From Gammaproteobacteria bacterium (GTDB lineage Bacteria; Pseudomonadota; Gammaproteobacteria; Ga0077536), in the NCBI GenBank assembly GCA_963662545.2, contig CAXXLL010000002.1:1632001-1696000 (forward strand): a stretch of DNA of 64,000 nt. Direction: 5' to 3'. A model generated the notes under the pieces. It ran no database searches. It saw only the letters and a list, made by a program, of their open reading frames with translations, and was not told the origin of the DNA. The translations under genes were made by a program, and so were the position numbers. Shown piece by piece: positions 58,432 to 64,000 of the stretch (positions are counted from its first letter, which is position 1; the number at the start of each line of letters is the position of its first letter).

Positions 58432-58987
58432 AGTATCATTTCGGCTTGATTTCTTGACATATCTTTCCTAGATTCAATTAATTGCTGACAATACGTCGTC
58501 GCTTAGAAAATGTTGCGTCACCAATATGTCACAACGCCGCCAGAATTCTGAGGGAGACGGAGCAGGTAACACAGCGTCATGTTTCAACGGGCCGAGAACG
58601 AGGTGGCCCTGTTTTGTGCGGAACCCGGCGAGACAGCGGTTTCTGCACGCGATGGATTGTACCGCGGCCCGGACGCAGTGCGCTCGGGCCCTGGGCGATG
58701 ATGCAATTGAGGTGCCCAACGAGGCCGGTACTATGGACGCTGCGCGATGTCGAACGGCCATGGCCGCATCTCTACCGCTGGTGCGGGCAGGGTTTGAAGC
58801 CCGTGTTTGCGCAACGGGTGCTGGCGCGCCAGCAGCGCTGGGCAGAGGGCAGGTTCGGCGTGATGAAGCCCAGTTCTTCGATGCGATACCGGTTGAGTGC
58901 GTGAGCGCGTGGGACACAACGCCCCGGAATGACGCCTCACAGCAGCTGACAGGCCCTTTATCTCATCTTCCCGAAAAGACCTGCAAA

Positions 58988-59014
58988 ATTGCGCCCATTG
59001 CGCCCATTGCGCCC
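58988..59014. repeat. Perfect tandem repeat (ATTGCGCCC) x3
   Basis: Read directly from the sequence. Confidence 0.85.
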
Positions 59015-59592
59015 TTCATCGGCGCCGTTTGGGCTATGGAGCATCGTTATGGCTCCACGTTGTAGCTGTTCTAACAATGTCTTAGGTCCTTGAATTGACA
59101 TCCAAACCACGCCCCCGGTGGAGGCCGGTCCATGCGTGAATGCCTTGAGTCGTGAAGCCACGCAGCCACCACGATACCCGCCTCGTCGCGCGTCTCGAGC
59201 TGGAAGGCGTATCGCGCATCCCTGTTTCTCAACGGCACGTCGATGCACGCGCCGGACAACACCCCTTCGCTGGAAGCTGTCGTGGATAGATGGTTCCGCA
59301 ATTACCGTACCGCCGCAACGAGTAGCCGCCCTCGCAGGGGACGGCGAGAGCGCGTGATCCCCGAGCAGGGCGTGCCGGTGGTCGCGGGGCGATAGCCCCA
59401 TGCGATGGCGCGGGCGACCCTGGCGCGCAGAATCTCATGACCCTGCGAGACACCCTGTGTGAAGTATTGCAGGCCCCTGTCGGTCTCGGTCAACGTGCGC
59501 CCCCGCTCACGTCCCGGGCGCTCGAATCATGGCTGAACCGGGTTCCCGATACGCGATAAATGAGTTTATCGCGCATGTGGAAAGAGTCGCGG

Positions 59593-59666
59593 ATGGGACC
59601 CGTTGGCTTGAAGCACCAGAGGGGGGAGCCTCCAACGGTGTCGGCGAATTTCCTAAGTACCTATGG
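59593..59666. repeat. Direct repeat copy 1, ending in an IS4-like terminus
   Basis: ATGGGACCCGTTGGCTTGAAGC...GGGGGGAG...CCAACG..GTCGGCG...CCTAAGTACCTATGG, similar to 60723-60794. Confidence 0.75.
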
Positions 59667-59939
59667 GTCTGAGCCTCACACTTTTCGCGCTACGCGCGAG
59701 CGGTGCACACCGCCCTGCCAAAGCCGCTCAACCCCGCTCCGGTTCGCGGATCGCCTTGACGCCTCGAACCGTGTTGTTTGGGCTCGCGTTGCACTTGTAC
59801 GTAGCAGTAATGTTGCGAGTGCCCTATCGCAAGATGTGTCCCGGTTGCGGCGTCACCTGCCCACCACCACTCGAATGCGGTAGCTACCCGTGGTTGTCAA
59901 GTTTCGAGATAGCGATGCGATCGCAGGTGCGCTCCTCGT

Positions 59940-60117
59940 CGTCCGCAACCGCCATCTCGGCCTTTTCCGCATCGTCTGCGACCGCCACTTTGGCAGCCGG
60001 CTCAGGCGTCGGCCTCTCGATCGCGGCGGTTATAGCGGTCTACGGCGCAACCTGGTCATCGCCACAGGCGCTGATGAGCATGCCCGCCAGGCAAAGCAAT
60101 ACTCCACGGCATGACAG
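59940..60117 (-). pseudogene. Degenerate duplicate of the adjacent small lipoprotein gene
   Basis: VLLCLAGMLISACG lipobox, no in-frame ATG after the GGAGG RBS, TAG at 60042-60040, and a shared VADDEE motif. End coordinate approximate. Confidence 0.6.
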
Positions 60118-60170
60118 GGCGTCCTCCCAGGCCGTGGGTGCAAGCGCCGGTGAGGTCAGGTGACTACCGG

Positions 60171-60317
60171 TTAATCCTCTTCCTCGTCGTCCGCCGCAAC
60201 CGGCTCTGCTGGTGTCTCGGTCACGGCGGGTGCGGTGGTCTGTGTCTCGGCCTGGTTTCTGTCGCAAGCGCCGATGAGCATTCCCACCAGACAAAGCAGT
60301 ACTACGCGATAGAGCAT
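60171..60317 (-). CDS. Small lipoprotein (48 aa)
   Basis: GGAGG RBS; MLYRVVLLCLVGMLIGAC lipobox; acidic tail. Confidence 0.7.
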   Translation of the reverse strand: MLYRVVLLCLVGMLIGACDRNQAETQTTAPAVTETPAEPVAADDEEED

Positions 60318-60722
60318 GATGGCTTCCTCCCAGGTTGGTCCAAGTGTAAGGGCTGATGATGTCAGATGATTGCGGGTTAAGCATAACAGCGAAATCGTCT
60401 CGACCGATGTTTTTCGAAGGGCGTGTTGCCGCCACCAACGCGATTGAGAGTCTGCACAGCCAGGTGAAAGAGCATTCGAAACAAGAGCCACTTCGCCAAT
60501 GGTGAAGCTGCTACCAAGCTGATCTGCTGGCATTGCGCTACATCACCGCGAAGTGGAAGAATCCACCGGTCGCTTGGCGCAAGGCGAAGGCGCAGTTCGC
60601 GATCCAATTTGGAGAACGATTTACCCTGTACGATTGATCAACCCAACTGGCTCATACACAAAATTCCTGACACCACCAATGCGTAGTAATTACCGTGGTC
60701 GCGCAGGTGAGGAGTTTCGTTC

Positions 60723-60794
60723 ATGGGACCCGTCGGCCTGAAGCGATAGGGGGGATCTCCCAACGCCGTCGGCGTTTGGCTTAAGTACCTATGG
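60723..60794. repeat. Direct repeat copy 2, ending in an IS4-like terminus
   Basis: ATGGGACCCGTCGGCCTGAAGC...GGGGGGAT...CCAACG..GTCGGCG...CTTAAGTACCTATGG. Confidence 0.75.
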
Positions 60795-60883
60795 TAGCGG
60801 TGGACCCCATCGATTGGACAGCTGAACGGCGGAGCTAAGTGAAATCTTCTGTATTAAAGTACTCGGCGGAGAAGGAGCAGAAG

Positions 60884-61177
60884 ATGACAAAGAGGAAACG
60901 ACGCAATCATTCGGCAAGCTTCAAGGCGAAAGTGGCTGTGGCGGCGGTTCGAGAGGACCGCACGGTGGTTGAACTCGCTGAGCAGTTTGATATTCACCCC
61001 AATCAAATCCAGGACTGGAAGAAGAAGCTGTTGTCGCATGCGGAGGAGTTTTTTGGCAATGGCGCTAAGGACGGAGGCGAGAACGGTGAACGCGAGACCG
61101 AGAAGCTCCACGCCAAAATCGGTCAACTGACAATGGAGAAGGATTTTTTATCCAAAGCGCTCGGTCGCGACCGATGA
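60884..61177 (+). CDS. IS3 transposase OrfA
   Basis: [13 protein letters not shown]...[21 protein letters not shown], and LHAKIGQL. Confidence 0.92.
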   Translation: MTKRKRRNHSASFKAKVAVAAVREDRTVVELAEQFDIHPNQIQDWKKKLLSHAEEFFGNGAKDGGENGERETEKLHAKIGQLTMEKDFLSKALGRDR

Positions 61178-62013
61178 GCGAGCGCAGACAGATGGTCCAG
61201 CGCGAACATTCATTGCCGGTCACCCGGCGCTGTGAGCTGCTCGAGGTCGCGCGCTCGACGGCGTACTACCGCCCGAGCCCAGTGTCGGAGGCAGACTTGG
61301 CGCTGATGCGTCTGATCGACGAGATTCATCTCGAACGCCCGTTCTACGGCAGTCGTCGGATGCGCGACGAACTGGAGACCCGCGGGCATTGGGTCAATCG
61401 CAAGCGGGTGCAGCGACTGATGCGCCAGATGGGGCTGGCGGCGCTCTATCCGAAGCCTCGCACAAGCGTGGCGGGTCGTGGCCATAAGGTCTACCCGTAC
61501 TTGCTCAGGGACATTTCGGTCGCGCGGGCGAACCAGGTCTGGGCAACGGACATCTGCTATATCCCGATGGCCCGGGGGTTCATGTATCTGGTCGCGGTGA
61601 TGGATTGGTACTCGCGGCGGGTGCTCTCGTGGCGGGTATCGAACACGTTGGACAGTGCGTTCTGTGTCGAGGCACTTGAGGAGGCGTTGGCTCGGTACGG
61701 GGCGCCGGAGATCTTCAACACCGACCAGGGCGCGCAATTCACCTCCGAGGCGTTCACCGATGTGCTCAAGACACACGGCGTGGCGATCAGCATGGATGGC
61801 AAGGGGCGCTGGCTCGACAACGTTTTCGTCGAGCGACTGTGGCGCAGCGTGAAGTACGAGGATATCTACCTGCGAGCCTATGACACGCCGGCCGCGCTGC
61901 GTGTCGGCCTCACCCGCTATTTCGATTTCTACAATGCTCGGCGCCGCCACACGGCGCTGGACCGACGCACCCCGGATGCGGTGTACTTCGATGAGGTCGC
62001 CCAAGCGGCCTAA
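61174..62013 (+). CDS. IS3 transposase OrfB (DDE integrase core)
   Basis: [17 protein letters not shown] and [15 protein letters not shown] motifs. Confidence 0.94.
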   Translation: MSERRQMVQREHSLPVTRRCELLEVARSTAYYRPSPVSEADLALMRLIDEIHLERPFYGSRRMRDELETRGHWVNRKRVQRLMRQMGLAALYPKPRTSVAGRGHKVYPYLLRDISVARANQVWATDICYIPMARGFMYLVAVMDWYSRRVLSWRVSNTLDSAFCVEALEEALARYGAPEIFNTDQGAQFTSEAFTDVLKTHGVAISMDGKGRWLDNVFVERLWRSVKYEDIYLRAYDTPAALRVGLTRYFDFYNARRRHTALDRRTPDAVYFDEVAQAA

Positions 62014-62608
62014 GACCCAGTGGAGATTTCACTTAAGACAGTGTCCAAGATCCGGGGTCCACTTCTCTTTCAACCCCAGGCCGACCTCCAGTAGTCCCCG
62101 CAGGGCGCGATGTGATGGAGCAATGCGGTCGGGAAATTTCCCTCACTGCTCGCTTCTGATTCACTTCGTTACGAGGGCCGACCCCCATGTAAGCATGAGC
62201 ACGCAGGCGGCGCGGTAGACGTCGGAGAATTGGTATGGGATGCTCAGATGAGGCTAGGGATCGTCGACTATTTGCGCCGCTTGGGTTTATGCAGGGAGGA
62301 TAAACGCCGAATTTCGTCAAGTCGAGGATCAGAAGAATTGACCCGGCGGCATCGAATTGTCCTGTACCGCCGATGTCAAAGGGCATTGCGATCCAGATTG
62401 GGCGTGATGAACGAAACGTAACTTGCGAAGGGCCGGGATCGGTTTACGAAATGGAAACGGATCACCGAGGCGGCGATCAAGGCAAATGATTCAGTACCTT
62501 GATTCAGTTTCGCGTCGATGGCGCTAATCTGAGCAGCTGCCCGTAAATGTACTTCATATCAACTTAGCGTTTGCGTAATCGGCACCTGGGCAGGACTGGA
62601 CAACACGC

Positions 62609-64000
62609 ATGAAGATCCTCATGGCGCGCATTAGCCCATTCATGGCGCTGTACGAATGGTTTCGAGCGACGCTGCCGACATTGCTAATGGTGGCATTGTC
62701 TGTTCAGTCCACAAGCGCTTCTGAGCCCTTACGACCATCGAACTACGTCCCCGTTGGTATCGAAATCTCCGAGCTATCGATGTATTTCAAGCTGTCTCCT
62801 TCACCCGAGAGCTTTAAACCGCGTCGCGATGTCCCGGCGTGGGATGCTTCACTTCCGATCGACTGGTCTGCCGATCCGTTTAAGGACCGCAATTGGCAGT
62901 TCCAACTTCATGCGTGGCGGGTCATGGACTTCCATTTAAACCAGTACCGGGAGACCGACGACGCGACGTGGTTGCAGGGTGCTGTCGAGATTGCCCTCGA
63001 CTGGGAACGTTACCACGTGAATTTAGGCAAGCGTAGCGCCTTTACATGGTACGACATGGCCACGGGGCTCCGATCGTCACGATTGGCGTTTTTGCTCGAC
63101 CATATCCTTTCAGGCCAGCTTGACGTCAGCAATACCGATCTTGCAGCACTCATGCGCCTGGTCGATCTCCACGCGGAAAAACTCCAGGAGCCCAAGTTTC
63201 TCGCCGGGAACAACCACGCTATTTTTCAACTAGTCGGGCTCGACGCGTTGTGCGAAGTCGCATCATGGCGCAAAGCCTGTAGCGAGGCTCACCCCTATGC
63301 CAGCGCGGCATTCGCCGAGCTGATACGGCGGCAGTTCACAGATGAAGGCGTTCATACCGAAAGCTCGCCGGCCTACCATCAGTTCGTGCTGCGGAAGCTC
63401 CGCACTACGCGTGCCGTTGAGCGGTTCGGCCACGCCGACGTGGCATCCATGCTGGAACGGGCGGAGACGGTCACGCCGTGGCTGACTTATCCGAATAAAG
63501 AAATCATCGCTGTCGGCGACAGTACCGGCACGGGGCCTGCGCTGGAAACACCTGTTGAGCCGGTGTGCATGTCTGATACTTCATGTTGGGCGGTTCGTGA
63601 CCTCACGAGGTCAGGATATGCGATCATTCGGTCCCTTCCAGAGACGCCCCTGGACGAGGCGAGCCTATTGTTCGTTAGTGCGATGGCCCACTCGACCGGA
63701 CATAAACACGCCGATGATCTTGGCTTTGTGTTGATGGAAGGCGGCCGTAAGGTCTTCGTGGACAGTGGGAAGTACGGCTACAACGACGACGAGGCGAGGC
63801 GCTATGTTGTCAGTGCCCGGGCACACAATGTGCCGAGCTTGGCCGGCCGCACGATTGGGCCGAAGGATCTAAATGTCGATACAGCGCATATTGGTCCGAT
63901 CTGGCTGAATGGATCTAAGTTCATGATTGATGGCGCTGTTGAGCGCCCGGGACTATTCCGCCACGAACGCACCTTTCACTACACACCGGGGATCTCACTC
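62609..64000 (+). CDS. Heparinase II/III-family protein (3'-partial; absent from the ORF track because it has no stop in the window)
   Basis: Manual translation gives PIDWSADPFKDRNWQFQLHAWR, WYDMATGLR, NNHAIF, GVHTESSPAYH, VGDS, HKHADDL, VDSGKYGY and AHN. Confidence 0.85.
   Translation, partial: MKILMARISPFMALYEWFRATLPTLLMVALSVQSTSASEPLRPSNYVPVGIEISELSMYFKLSPSPESFKPRRDVPAWDASLPIDWSADPFKDRNWQFQLHAWRVMDFHLNQYRETDDATWLQGAVEIALDWERYHVNLGKRSAFTWYDMATGLRSSRLAFLLDHILSGQLDVSNTDLAALMRLVDLHAEKLQEPKFLAGNNHAIFQLVGLDALCEVASWRKACSEAHPYASAAFAELIRRQFTDEGVHTESSPAYHQFVLRKLRTTRAVERFGHADVASMLERAETVTPWLTYPNKEIIAVGDSTGTGPALETPVEPVCMSDTSCWAVRDLTRSGYAIIRSLPETPLDEASLLFVSAMAHSTGHKHADDLGFVLMEGGRKVFVDSGKYGYNDDEARRYVVSARAHNVPSLAGRTIGPKDLNVDTAHIGPIWLNGSKFMIDGAVERPGLFRHERTFHYTPGISL

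Larger units (their letters stand above)
60796..62066 (+). mobile_element. IS3-family insertion sequence, 1271 bp
   Basis: Imperfect 25-bp TIRs AGCGGTGGACCCCATCGATTGGACA / TGTCCAAGATCCGGGGTCCACTTCT; orfA and orfB in -1 phase with a TTTTTTA slippery run at 61144-61150. Confidence 0.9.

Overview
GC-rich proteobacterial (probably gammaproteobacterial) chromosomal DNA in three zones. (1) 1-10.3 kb is a mobile-element hotspot organised around a non-coding composite repeat present in five copies. Each copy is built from 24-25 bp imperfect palindromes (G[T/A]CYGC...GCGG[T/A]C) and, in four copies, a conserved GCAGTGCA spacer. The copies bracket unrelated gene segments and are hit by an IS4 element, an ORF-less group II intron (2304-3180) and three IS1182-like MITEs. 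One further unit carries an apparent 4-bp excision footprint, and one copy abuts an IS91-family HUH transposase remnant. A decayed N-heterocycle catabolic operon with a NicX-like dioxygenase lies inside this zone. (2) 10.3-55 kb is mostly intact metabolism: four more luciferase-like monooxygenases (six in the window), two hydantoinase/oxoprolinase A/B pairs, cysK, srkA, a CPA1 antiporter with a cNMP domain, GATases, thiol/sulfur-redox genes, a MaoC pair and a DUF1329 protein. It also holds an IS5-like MITE, a sigma54 promoter and a TetR operator pair. (3) 54-64 kb is a second decayed zone: a GST/SDR chimera, truncated AraC and AsmA genes, a duplicated lipoprotein, two IS4-like end relics, an intact IS3 element and a heparinase II/III-like ORF running off the window. 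No rRNA, tRNA or CRISPR array was seen. All calls come from reading the sequence and recalling family motifs; no searches were run.
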